Below, piece after piece: positions 52,864 to 64,000 of a DNA stretch of 64,000 nt. Source of the stretch: Octopus sinensis (taxonomy: Eukaryota); the NCBI RefSeq assembly GCF_006345805.1, contig NC_042998.1:106268001-106332000 (forward strand), read 5' to 3'. A program made the translations under genes and the position numbers. Position 1 is the stretch's first letter. Each line of letters opens with the position of its first letter. The notes under the pieces were generated by a model, which was not told the DNA's origin, made no database searches, and saw only the letters and a list, made by a program, of their open reading frames with translations.

Positions 52864-53222
52864 TCATCATCATCATCATCGTCGTTGTCATTTAGCGCCG
52901 GCTTTCCATGCTGGCATGGCTTGGATGGTTTGATTGAGGGCTGGCAAGCCAGGAGGCTACACCAGGCTCCAATTTGATTTGGCAAGGTTTCTACAGCTGG
53001 ATGCCCTTCCTAACACCAAACACTCCAAGCGTGTAGTGGGTGCATTTTGAGTGCCACTGGCATGGGACCAAGTCAGGCAGCACTGGCATCAACCACGCTC
53101 AAACAGTGATTTTTATGTGCCACTAGCATGGGTGCCAGTCAGTCAACACTGGCATCAGTCGTGCTCAAATGGTGCTTTTTACATACCACCGGCACGGGCA
53201 CCAGTCAGGTGGCACTAGTATT
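52864..53222 (-). mobile_element. RTE 3' UTR/tail copy
   Basis: (CAT)n, ctacagctggatgcccttcctaa, ggtgcttttta units. Confidence 0.85.
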
Positions 53223-53874
53223 GGACGTGTGTGTGTGTGTGTATGTATGTGTGTGTGCATGTGTATTTGTATATACATATGTATGTTTATATATGTATAT
53301 ATACATTATATATATATATATATAGACACACACACATATATATATACACATTAATGAGATTGATGTTAAATCTATACATTTTAAGTATTATTTATATGCA
53401 CATACAAACATCTGCACACACATTCACTGCAAAAATACACACAATTATATTTGAACTGACAGAAATAATCTTTTAGAAATTAATAAATGAGAAATTTTGA
53501 ACTATTTTCTTTGGACAATATACAAATTCCAATAGTTTTTTGTATTTAGACAAGTTGATGAATTAAGACTCTAAATATGAAGACAGTTTGTAAAATTGAT
53601 ATGAATATTAATATGGCAAACTGGTTTCATATAACTTTTATTCATAAAAGATTGTTAAACATTATGAAACGGGTATAAAATATATAGAAGTGACTCTGAT
53701 AATAAAAAGTTAATTCAGAATAGGTTTGGAGTGATTTTATTTATTTGATTTATTGGTATTTCCTTATTTTTTTTTTTAAATTTGCATTTTGCTGTTTTTC
53801 ATTTTGTTTCAAAACAACTTTATAAAGAGAACAAGAAATGAAGAGGTTGTACAAGTATGTGTTGTTGAGTATTG

Positions 53875-54650
53875 TTGTCTGGGAGATTTTCTCATGGTAG
53901 TGAAATAGTAGTTTTAACTGCTATTTCTAAATTTTGGTATGTGGTGAAGCAAATTTTGCTGAACCCTAATTATAATTATAGAAATTTTGTATAAGTTTAC
54001 CGATAATGGTTCTTTTAACATACCAAACTACTTGGTAAAATTATTAATTATTAATTAATTTTATCCTTTATTATTATTGATAATATAATTCTCTCCCTGA
54101 TAGCAAACTGCAGTTTTCTGCAGAATTTTGCTTGTTGGCACACTTGGGTGAGAGAGGAGGAATACGAGATCTCATTTGTCTGTTTGAATTCAGAAGTACT
54201 GGTTGTTGGATGTATGTTGTCTGCTGTTGCTTGATCAGATAGGTATGTTAATTTCCAGTGCTCTCAAATTTAAAATCTTGAATTACTGTACTGAAGAGGA
54301 AAATGAGAGAGTAGAAATATAATTTTACATTTTTCACATCTCTCTAACTCTGAAACGTGTATACAGTTAATCAAAGCCAAGTGCATTTGTTATTTTTTCT
54401 CTTTACCTGCATGAATTGTTGAATATTGCTGTCTGGGAGATTTTCTTATGGTAGTGAAATAGTTGTTTTGACTGCTGTTTCTAAATTTCGGTATGTGGTG
54501 AAGCAAACTTTGCTGAACCCTAAGTATAACTATACTCATAATTATAGAATTTTTGTATAAGTTTACCGATAATGGTTCTTTTAACATACTGAACTATTTG
54601 GTAAAATTATTAATTATTAATTAATTAATTAATTTTACCCTTTATCATTA
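53875..54650. repeat. Local ~200-bp direct duplication
   Basis: 53875-54075 repeats at about 54430-54650 (tgtctgggagattttc...gtttaccgataatggttcttttaacatac). Confidence 0.9.
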
Positions 54651-54867
54651 CACACACACATACATATACATATATATGCATATATATATATATATATATA
54701 TACAAAATGAGAAAATGGAGAAATATACCTAAATCAATCATCAACCATCAGATAATACCCAATCAGTACTTTATTAAACCATTACACAACAGCAGTTATA
54801 TTATACATAATATATTACAAATATAACAAGACATAGAAATAGAAATAGAAAATACATTTATATTGTA

Positions 54868-54978
54868 TCTGACAGCTGTTTCGGCCGTGAAGACAGGTAT
54901 GCCCCATTTAACCTATTAGCTATATAAAGCAGGTATAAATGAGACATTAACAAGAATGTCTCACGGCCTCTTCAGAGA
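54868..54978 (-). ncRNA. Type-I hammerhead ribozyme motif with intact core
   Basis: Minus strand TCT-CTGAAGA-GGCCGTGA(GACA)...(TGTCT)TCACGGCC-GAAAC-AGCT-GTC-AGA. Confidence 0.7.
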
Positions 54979-55351
54979 ATTTAATGCAAGTATGAAAAAA
55001 ATTTACATATAAATATAAATATGTGTGCATAGACACTCATATTTCTACACATATATATATACACAATAATACAATATAAACAATACAGGTCAATATACAT
55101 TAACAAACACAATAATGTTCCATATTGAACTCATAGTTCAATAACCAACATCAAGGAAATACATGTACACTCACATTTAAAGCAGGCATATATATTTAAC
55201 AGTCCAGTCTATTAAAATGTGTAACCACACAAAAAAGTCAATAAAATTAATATTAATATTAATAATAATAATAATAACAACCATGATTGTACCAACTAAC
55301 ATCTACACATGCATATATACATAAACATGTGTGTGTGTGTGTGTGTGTATC

Positions 55352-55383
<32 letters not shown>

Positions 55384-55454
55384 TATATGTATGTATGTAT
55401 GTATGTGCGTATGTATAAGGGTTGACAATAAATACAATGAAGAATTCAGGGTAC

Positions 55455-56860
55455 AAGTAGGGGTTCACTGAGGATCGATCCTCAGACCCCTCTTGTTCAT
55501 CATAGTCCTCCAGGTAATAACAGAGGAATTTAAGACAGACTGCCCCTGAGAACCCCTCTATGCTGATGACTTTGTTCTTATAGCTGAATCACTCCCAGAA
55601 ATAGAGAAGCTTTAGGTGTGGAAGCAAGGTCTAGAATCGAAGGGCCTTAGAGTCAACCTAGCAAGAACATACTTAGAAAGTAGGAAGGCAGACAAATCCC
55701 AAATCCCTGCAGGTAGATGGCCCTGCTCAATCTGTAGAAAAGGCATAGGTAGAAACTTCATAAGATGTACCTAGTGTAAGATATGGACACATAAAAGGTG
55801 CAGCTATATCAGAAGAAGGTTAACAGAGAAAATAGCTTATGTGTATGGAAGATGCACAGCTACAATAAACACTGAAAATGTACCAAAAATATACTCAATC
55901 AACTGCTATCAGGGTAAGCTAGAGGTAGTAGATAGCTTCCATTATCTAAGTGACCATGTTAGTAGCAGAAGTGGATGTTCCAAGAGCGTAGCTGTGAAAA
56001 TATGAATAGACTGGGCAAAGTTCAGAGAGCTCTTACCTCTGCTGGCAACTAAGGGCCTCTCCCTCAGAGTGAAAAGCAGATTGTATGATACCTGTGTACA
56101 AACAGCTATGCTACATAGGCTTTTTGAAATTCTAAATTTCGAAAAGCATGTGCAATGTCAGTGTGCATGTTTGACAGAGTGTAAGCATCTTGAGAGAAAA
56201 GTTGGGTATAAAAGGCATCAGATGTGGTGTGCAAGGCAGACGACTGCACTAGTATGGTAATGTTAGGCATATGGACGAGGATAGCTGTGTACAGAAGTGC
56301 CGATCTCTAACTGTGGAAGAGACCTGTGGTAGAGGTAGATCCAAGAAGACATGGGACAAGGTAGTGAAACATGATCTTCAAACTTTGAGCCTCACAGAGG
56401 CAATGACTAGTGACTGAGTACTTTGGTGATATACTATGCTTAAGAAGACCCATCAAGCCAAGTGAATTTGTAGTCATGGTTGATGCTGCTGTCACATAAC
56501 TGGCATCCATGCCAGTGGGATGTACAAAGCACCTTGGAGCAGTGGGCCTCACAGTGACAAAGTGGCCAATGCTGGTAGCACTTGAAGAGCACTTTCGAGT
56601 GTTTCTTGAGAAGACCCATCAAGCCAAGTGAAATTGTAGTCATGGCCGATGCTGGTTTTTATAGAAATGGACCCCATGACAGTGGCATGTAAAAAGCACC
56701 ATTCAAGCATTGGGTCTCATGGAGGCAATGACGAATGACCAAGACCTTTGGCATTAGGCCATGCTTGAGAAGAGGACCCATCAAGCCAAATAAAATCACA
56801 CTTGTGACAGATATTTGTGCCATGCAAATGGCACCAATGCCAGTGGCACATAAAAACATT
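55455..56860 (+). mobile_element. Older RTE copy (RT C-half, degenerate PHD, 3' UTR)
   Basis: Collinear with about 62510-63600 (LYADD, ggtagatggccctgctcaatctgtagaaaagg); many stops. Confidence 0.9.
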
Positions 56861-57875
56861 CTGAAGGTGGACATAATCAGCGTAAAATCACAAAAAACTT
56901 TGGGATCCCGTTTTCTATAGTTAATAGAGTGATTGTGCAATTCACCAGAGAGGAGAAGGAGTCTGCATCACCTCACCTAGATCAACCAGGGCCCTCTGAC
57001 AGGACCCATCTCTTTGCTAAGTGAAATGATGTTAGTCCCAGAACAGCTGTCAGGTATCTCCACAAACTTGGTTACTATGGCAGAGCAGTAAGAAGGAAGC
57101 CACTTCCTTGACCAGCCAACATCAAGCAGAGGAAAGATTGAGCCAGTGAGATGGTGGAGAGGCCACTAGCATTTTGGGACACTGTCATATTCTCTGATGA
57201 GTCCAGATTTGCTGTATGTCCTGACAGTGATCAAGTGTGGGTTTGGAGACTCTGTGATCAAGAATTTGATGTGAAAAGATTGCAGCTAACAATGAAACAT
57301 GGCAGTTATTCTGTGAGTGTCTGGAGAGGGATTTGGAGCAATGGCTGATCAGAGCTGGTGGAGTGTAAGGGAACCAAACTCAGATAAATATGTGTTCACA
57401 TTGCAAAAAGGATATCTTCCGATCTTTTCCAGTAGTGAAATGATTAAAGAAGAGTTTTTATTTATGGAAGATGGGACTCCTTGTCACATGGCAAAAATAA
57501 CACAAGATTTGTTGGATGAGAATGACATTAAAAAGCTTCCAAGGCCAAGTCAGTCACCAGATATGAATCCTATTGAACACCTCTGGGACATAATGGACAG
57601 GACACTTAATAAAAAGAACAACAAAGCATCTTCAAAGCCAGAACTTTTGAGATTATTGCATGAAACTTGGCAAGAAATTCCACTAGTGAATATTCGTGTT
57701 CTCTCTGATCAGTAACATGCCTAATCGGGTCCTTGCATTGAAAAATACAAAGGGCATGTCTACTAAATATTAAATATTCTCATTATAGCTAATAATAAAT
57801 AATTTGAATGTATAATTTCAGATTTAAGTAAATTTTAATGATTATAAGGGTATCTATTTACGTCTGTCATGTCTG
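56860..57875 (+). mobile_element. Tc1-family transposon, 5'-truncated pseudogene (DD34E)
   Basis: VIFSDESRF; FMEDGTPCH...SPDMNPIEHLW with 34 residues between D and E; right end ...ctg followed by TA. Confidence 0.9.
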
Positions 57876-58211
57876 TAGATGTCCCTTGAGTTAATTTATT
57901 AGTATTCCATATATTTAAATATGGTATATTTTGATACTCATTCTTTCTGATCATTTAATTCATATAAATCCATAGCACTGACTACCTACTGAGTCATTGA
58001 TTAAATATTTTGCTTAGATGAAGGAAAATTACTCTGCATAAGTTCAAGTGCATCTACCTAGTAAAAGTTTATACCTTAACATATCTGTCTCTCTATCAAC
58101 CTATCTATCAATCTGAATGCATATCTATGTATGTATGTATGCATACACACACACACACACGCACATAGTTCTTACTGCAGATGTTATGTTAAGACAGAGT
58201 TCACAAAGTTG

Positions 58212-58376
58212 GATAAGCTTGTATGCAGTAGGGGAGACATGAATACTGACATTTAGGGTAAAACTCTTCTTTTGAGAGGCGAAAAAATTCACCTTTAAAT
58301 TTTTTTCCCTTTCTCAAGAAAGGTTCTGCTTCAAAATGTCAGTACTAACATCTCCTCACAGCACTCAAGTTTATCA
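58212..58376. repeat. ~165-bp imperfect palindrome (fold-back)
   Basis: Arms gataagcttg..ggaga..tactgacattt..ttgagag..aaaaaatt and aattttttt..ctcaa..aaatgtcagta..tctcc..caagtttatc. Confidence 0.7.
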
Positions 58377-59858
58377 TTAATATTTATAAGTGTAATGTAG
58401 AGTATCCATGCAACTGAAACCTAGAAGACCTGATTGCCAAAATTATTTCATGAGGATAAGCCATGAAAGTAAGGAGTTATGCAAGAATTTAGAATTTTGG
58501 CCATTTCACACCCTTCTTCATGTAGTATTAATTTCAGTGAGGAAAAAAATTATGCTAACATATTTGTATTAATATGTATACTTGGTATTTATCAACCGAT
58601 TAAACAACCAATCAGTGAAATTGCACCAGTGCATGTGTTTATTGTTATTGGTGTAATGACCCGCCCAAGATGCAACAAAGTTGTGTGTGTGTATGCATGA
58701 ATGTATGTATGTCTTTCTCTTTCTTCAAACAGCCTCAATCAACTCTACTCAATCAGACGCTTGGCAAAGTGATAACTAACGGAATAATGTTTGGAAGCAA
58801 CCTATATAACTTATGGTACAGACATACCACAAACTTTCTCCGTTTGGGGGTCATGTTATTTACAATATTTGTATTCTGCTTTCGAAATGTTGATCATGGG
58901 AAGTACAAAGCCAAGCTTTTTGTGTTTTCTGATTCCAATCTCCTTATAATTGATTATGATGTGTCAACAAAAGATTTTAACAAGATAGATTGTATGATAT
59001 AATTGTCACAAAACTACAGGAAAGTAAGACTTTTTTAAGATAAATGTTTTTCATTTATTGTGTTCTTGTTGTTTCTTCTTTCTAAATTATTATGGGGAGG
59101 ATGATATTTATTGGAATATCTGATACTCAGATGAATTTTCTTCCTACTACTAGCCAGTCAATCATGAAAGAGAAGGAACCTGATTTTTGCCAGGCAGGTA
59201 AACTGGAGTAAACATAGTTATCTATCTTGATTAGGGGTATCACAACACAATGGCTGAAGTAAAGTGTGAAAACATGACTATGTGATCAGTTGTCCAGTAC
59301 AAGAACCTCACAGATAGCATGCTTTACCAACTAAGAACATTAAGATAACAGGACTTTACTGCTTTTATTGCTAAGATACAAAGCTATTAATATTAATACC
59401 AAATTGTGTGCAGCAGCTTCTACAGCATTACAAAATGGTGTTTACAAGTATATTTTTCTCACACATCTATCAAATCTATTTTTGAACTGGTTGATCACCA
59501 TCCACTCTTCAGTTATTATGTATGTTATGACCAAGACTGGGAAGCAAATACATAAATCATGATAGCCTTTTTTAGCAGCAATCAAACTGGCCTGAACAAC
59601 TTTTTTTAACAGTAGAGAGGTCTTACTGAATTTCAAAAAGCATGCATTACGTACATTTGAGCATCCAACTGTTTCAGTCATTGGACTGCAAACGTGCTGT
59701 GGCACCACCTTGAAGGGCTTAATCAAATCAATCCCATGATTTGCTTTATTATGTCTTGGATTTATTCTATCGGTTTATTTTGCCAAACTATTAAGATGTA
59801 CCAGCTGTCAAGTGGGGGGGGGGGACAAACTCAAAGCCACACCACATACACATTTTCA

Positions 59859-59899
<41 letters not shown>

Positions 59900-60325
59900 T
59901 TATATATATATATGCCAGCATGGAAAACGGACATTAAACAATGATGATGATAATGATGATGATGATGATGATATATATATATATCTATATATATCATATT
60001 CACACTTACGCACTTTCACATACACACATGAATATGCACCTTCATTTTGGAAATACCAGTACTTTATTATCTCCCTTTCTTCCTAGCTCTCCACTCCAAC
60101 TACCTTTTTCCAGCCAGTTGACATGATTGACCGCTAAGTCCATAATTTTTTTTTTATTCTCTCTCTGTTTATTACCTCATATTCCTTTCTGTTAAAGAGT
60201 ATAGGCTCGAAATGTAAAACACTAGAAGAGAGGTAGATGTAAGTGCAGCAGTATGGGTAGGAGCAGGGGGGCAAGCCAGGTTGGGAAGTGGGGTTATGTA
60301 TATATATACATATATACGAATATAG

Positions 60326-60602
60326 ATCATCATCATCATCGTTTAACGTCTGCTTTCCATGCTAGCATGGGTTGGACGGTTCAACTGGGGTCTGGCAAGC
60401 TCGAAGGCTGCACCAGGCCAGTCAGATCTGGCAGTGTTTCTACAGCTGGATGCCCTTCCTAACGCCAACCACTCCGAGAGTGTAGTGGGTGATTTTATGT
60501 GCCACCGACACAGGTGCCAGACGAAGCTGGCAGACGGCCACGCTCGGATGGTGTTTTTATGTGCCACCGACACAGGTGCCAGACGAGGCTGGCGAACGGC
60601 CA
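60326..60602 (-). mobile_element. Young RTE 3' UTR/tail copy, inverted relative to the adjacent LINE
   Basis: Closely matches the reverse complement of 460-703; CpGs intact. Confidence 0.9.
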
Positions 60603-60618
60603 TATATATATATATATA

Positions 60619-63580
60619 TGTTGCATGTGGATATATGTTGCATGCAAGAAATAAGGTGGAGAGGAGGATCAGCTAGGTTCCTCACAGGCAAGGAACGCAG
60701 GTACAAGATTTTCTGGGCAGGGAACACTGACGGGGTTGGTGGCGTGGGTATACTTATCGCTGAGAAATGGGTAGATAAAGTAATTGAGGTAATCAGAGTA
60801 TGTGACAGAATACTTAAGATTAGACTAGTGCTTCATCATAGTTTAGCAACCATTATATCAGCCTATGCTCCTCAGTCGGGGCTACCCGATGGACAGAAAG
60901 ACCAATTCTATGACACTCTACTGCAGACTACCTCGTTGACGAATGACAGAGACCTTATCTTTGTGGCTGGTGACTTCAATGGTCACGTTGGACGACATGC
61001 TGGGGGCTTCCATGGCGTACATGGAGGCTATGGCTATGGCTCCCGCAACGAGGAGGGAACCAGGCTGCTGGAGTTCTGCGATGCAAATAATCTTATGATT
61101 TGCAACACTAACTTCAGGAAACCTACCAGCCACCTAGTCACTTACCAATCGGGCCAACATACCAGCCAAATTGACTACATCCTTACAAGGCAAAGAGAGA
61201 GATGGCTGCTTATAAATGCCAAAACCTTCCCAGGTGAAGAATGTACCCCACAACATAGACTGGTAGTTAGTGACTTTAGGATCAGGACTAGGAGGACAAC
61301 CAGAAGACGACAAATATGGAGAAGAAGGATCTGGAAGCTTAAAGATCCTGCAAATGGACAGAGATTTAGGGACATATTACTTGAAGCCTCTGACGAAGTA
61401 GAAGGGGATAGAGCATCACAGGGGGTAGAAGACAGCTGGACGTTTCTAAGGGACAACCTGCTGAGAGCCACTGACCAGATCTGTGGCTGGTGCAAAGTCC
61501 CCTCTCGACCTAGAATAACGTGGTGGTGGAACAATATTGTAGACAGGGCTATTAGAGAAAAGAGACAGGCTTGGAAGGTCTGGAAAAATGGGGGTAGCAG
61601 GGAATTGTATCAGACTGCCAAAAGAGAAGCTAGGAGACAGGTTTATTTAGCCAGAGGGGAAGCAGATAAGAAAAAATTTGCCAATGTTCTGCGCCGTGAG
61701 GACCAAAGACTGGAGGTGTTCGTGTTGCAAGACAGTGTGTGAGAGAGAATCGTGATGTGGTAGGAGAGAAGTGTGTTCGCATGGAAGATGGTTCACTTGC
61801 GCTAAATGAGGATGCAAAGAGAGAGGTTTGGAGATGCCACTATGAAAGGTTGCTGAATGAAGAAAATGAATGGGATAAAGAGAGTCTGCCGAATGTTGAC
61901 CCAACAGAGGGACCAGCTATCCGAGTTGATAGTTCCGTGGTAGCTAAGGCAATTAGAAGCATGAAGACAGGGAAAGCCCCAGGCCCATCAGGAATCACTG
62001 CAGAGATGCTCAAAATGTCTGGTAGTGTCGGCTATAGCCTAGTCACCCGTATAGTTAATCAGGTGATACACAAAGGGGTCATACCCAATGACTGGTGTAG
62101 CAGTATAATAGTCAACTGCTACAAAGGTAAAGGTGATGCCCTAGATACAAATAACTACAGAGGTATCAAGCTGTTGGACCAGGTGATGAAGGTTACGGAG
62201 AGGGTCATAGCCCAACTAATTAGAGAGAGAGTTAGTTTAGATGAGATGCAGTTTGGGTTTGTGCCAGGGAAAAGTACTACTGATGCTATATTCCTGGTAA
62301 GGCAGCTGCAGGAGAAATACCTAGCCAAAGATAAGCCCCTGTACCTGGCTTTTGTTGACATGGAGAAAGCCTTCGACAGGGTCCCCCGATCCCTTATCTG
62401 GTGGGCAATGAGGAAACTAGGGATAGATGAATGGTTAGTGAGAGCTGTGCGGGCCATGTATAGGGACGCCGCTAGTAGGGTGAGGGTTGGAAATGAGTAC
62501 AGTGAAGAATTCCGGGTAGAGGTAGGAGTCCACCAAGGCTCAGTACTCAGCCCCCTCCTATTTATCATAGTCCTCCAGGCAATAACGGAGGAATTCAAGA
62601 CAGGATGCCCTTGGGAGCTCCTCTATGCTGATGACCTTGCTCTAATTGCTGAGTCGCTATCAGAACTGGAGGAGAAGTTTCAGGTGTGGAAACAAGGATT
62701 AGAATCGAAGGGCCTCAGAGTCAATCTAGCTAAAACCAAAGTCGTAATCAGTAGGAAGGTAGACAAATCACAAACACCTTCAGGTAGATGGCCCTGCTCG
62801 ATCTGTAGAAAAGGTGTAGGTAGAAACTCTATAAGATGCACCAAGTGTAAGCTATGGACACATAAGAGATGCAGCAATGTCAAAGGAAGGCTAACTAGGA
62901 AGATGGTTTTTGTATGTGGCAGATGCTCAGGAACAATAAACACTGAAAATGCTCTGAGACCAACTTCCGTCACTTTCCAGGGAGAAAAACTAGAAATAGT
63001 TGATAGTTTCCGTTACCTAGGTGACCAAGTCAGCAGCGGGGGCGGGTGTGCTGAAAGTGTAACTGCTAGAGTAAGAATAGCTTGGGCAAAGTTCAGAGAG
63101 CTCTTACCTCTGCTGGTGACAAAAGGCCTCTCGCACAGAGTGAAAGGCAGACTGTATGATGCGTGTGTACGAACAGCCATGCTACATGGCAGTGAAACAT
63201 GGACCGTGACTGCTGAGGATATGCGTAAGCTTGCTAGAAATGAAGCCAGTATGCTCCGATGGATGTGTAATGCCGGTACTCACACTCGGCAGAGTGTAAG
63301 TACCTTGAGAGAAAAGCTGGACCTAAGAAGCATCAGTTGTGGTGTGCAAGAGAGACGTTTGCGCTGGTATGGTCATGTGGCGAGAATGGATGAAGATAGT
63401 TGTGTGAAAAAGTGCCACACCCTAGCGGTTGAGGGAACCTGTGGAAGAGGCAGACCCAGGAAAACCTAGGACGAGGTGGTGAAGCACGACCTTCGAACTT
63501 TAGGTCTCACTGAGGAAATGACTAGAGACCGAGACCTCTGGAAGTGTGCTGTGCGCGAGAAGACCCGGCAGGACAAGTGA
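60619..63580 (+). pseudogene. RTE ORF (APE-RT with PHD insert) broken by a 1-nt frameshift near 61720 and TGG>TAG at 63467-63469
   Basis: QE.RW, SAYAPQ, AGDFNGHVG, QIDYIL, QHRLVV; QFGF, FVDMEKAFD, GVHQGSVLSPLLF, LYADD, FRYLG; the frame continues past the stop to TGA at 63578-63580. Confidence 0.95.
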
Positions 63581-64000
63581 GTCCATAACCCGTGGCCTTC
63601 TACATGGGATGGAGCCAGCCTACGTATGCATACCTTCCCTTCTTGGGACACAAAACTCTACTTGTGAAGACGTGTTGAGGCAAGTGAGGATCAGAATCGA
63701 AATCGATCAATGGAAATTGCGGATGTGCTACCAGTGCTGGTGGCATGTCGAAACTCTCTTGTGAAGACCTTGAGGCAAGTGAGGATCAGAATCGAATCGA
63801 TCAATGGAAATCGATCAATGGAAATTGCAAGATGTGTTACAGTGCCGGTGGCATGTAAGAGAACTTTCCGTTTCGCGACCGTTGCCAGCACCGCCCCGTT
63901 TCGTGTCCGTTGCCAGCCTCGCCTGGCCCTCGTGCCGGTGGCACATAAAAAGCACCATCCGTTCATGGCCGTTTGCCAGCTCAGTCTGGCACCAGTGCGG
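60619..64000 (+). mobile_element. Young RTE-clade LINE, 5'-truncated, runs off the window end
   Basis: APE endonuclease, RT, C-terminal GRGRPRKT[W] motif and a 3' UTR with tandem units; begins right after (TA)n. Confidence 0.95.

Noticed and set aside
60326-60602. Twin-priming 5' inversion of the adjacent LINE
   Set aside because: The inverted piece is the extreme 3' end with its own tail, so an independent insertion is more plausible
60489-60618. N-terminal extension of the 417-aa ORF
   Set aside because: Read-through of an inverted RTE tail and a TA tract; not part of the endonuclease
61715-61745. Programmed frameshift between two RTE ORFs
   Set aside because: RTE elements encode EN and RT in one ORF; a single-base loss restores the frame and there is no slippery heptamer

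Overview
AT-rich, microsatellite-dense eukaryotic non-coding DNA (intron or intergenic). The repeat families (tRNA-derived SINEs, RTE LINE with a (GAT)n tail, very long (TA)n arrays) look like an octopus/coleoid genome; this is inference from recognition, not a database result. No intact host protein-coding gene is supported, and most ORF-track entries are microsatellite translations. The window holds (i) a young, 5'-truncated RTE-clade LINE at about 60.6-64 kb with APE endonuclease and RT, broken only by one frameshift and one TGG>TAG stop, whose RT carries an inserted C4HC3 PHD-type finger; (ii) about 15 copies of its structured 3' UTR; (iii) decayed Tx1/L1, CR1, R4/Dong-like RLE and Penelope-like fragments; (iv) Tc1, mariner-derived, piggyBac-like and Helitron-like DNA elements; (v) several SINE families. 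The most interesting signals are the PHD finger inside the RT, a set of small (TA)n-embedded non-coding elements carrying minimal hammerhead ribozyme motifs or direct-plus-inverted terminal repeats (retrozyme/Penelope-like), a SINE body carrying two alternative tails (one matching a Tx1-type 3' end), and a stem-conserved tandem hairpin array in the RTE 3' UTR. All calls were made by eye; coordinates of decayed repeats are approximate.
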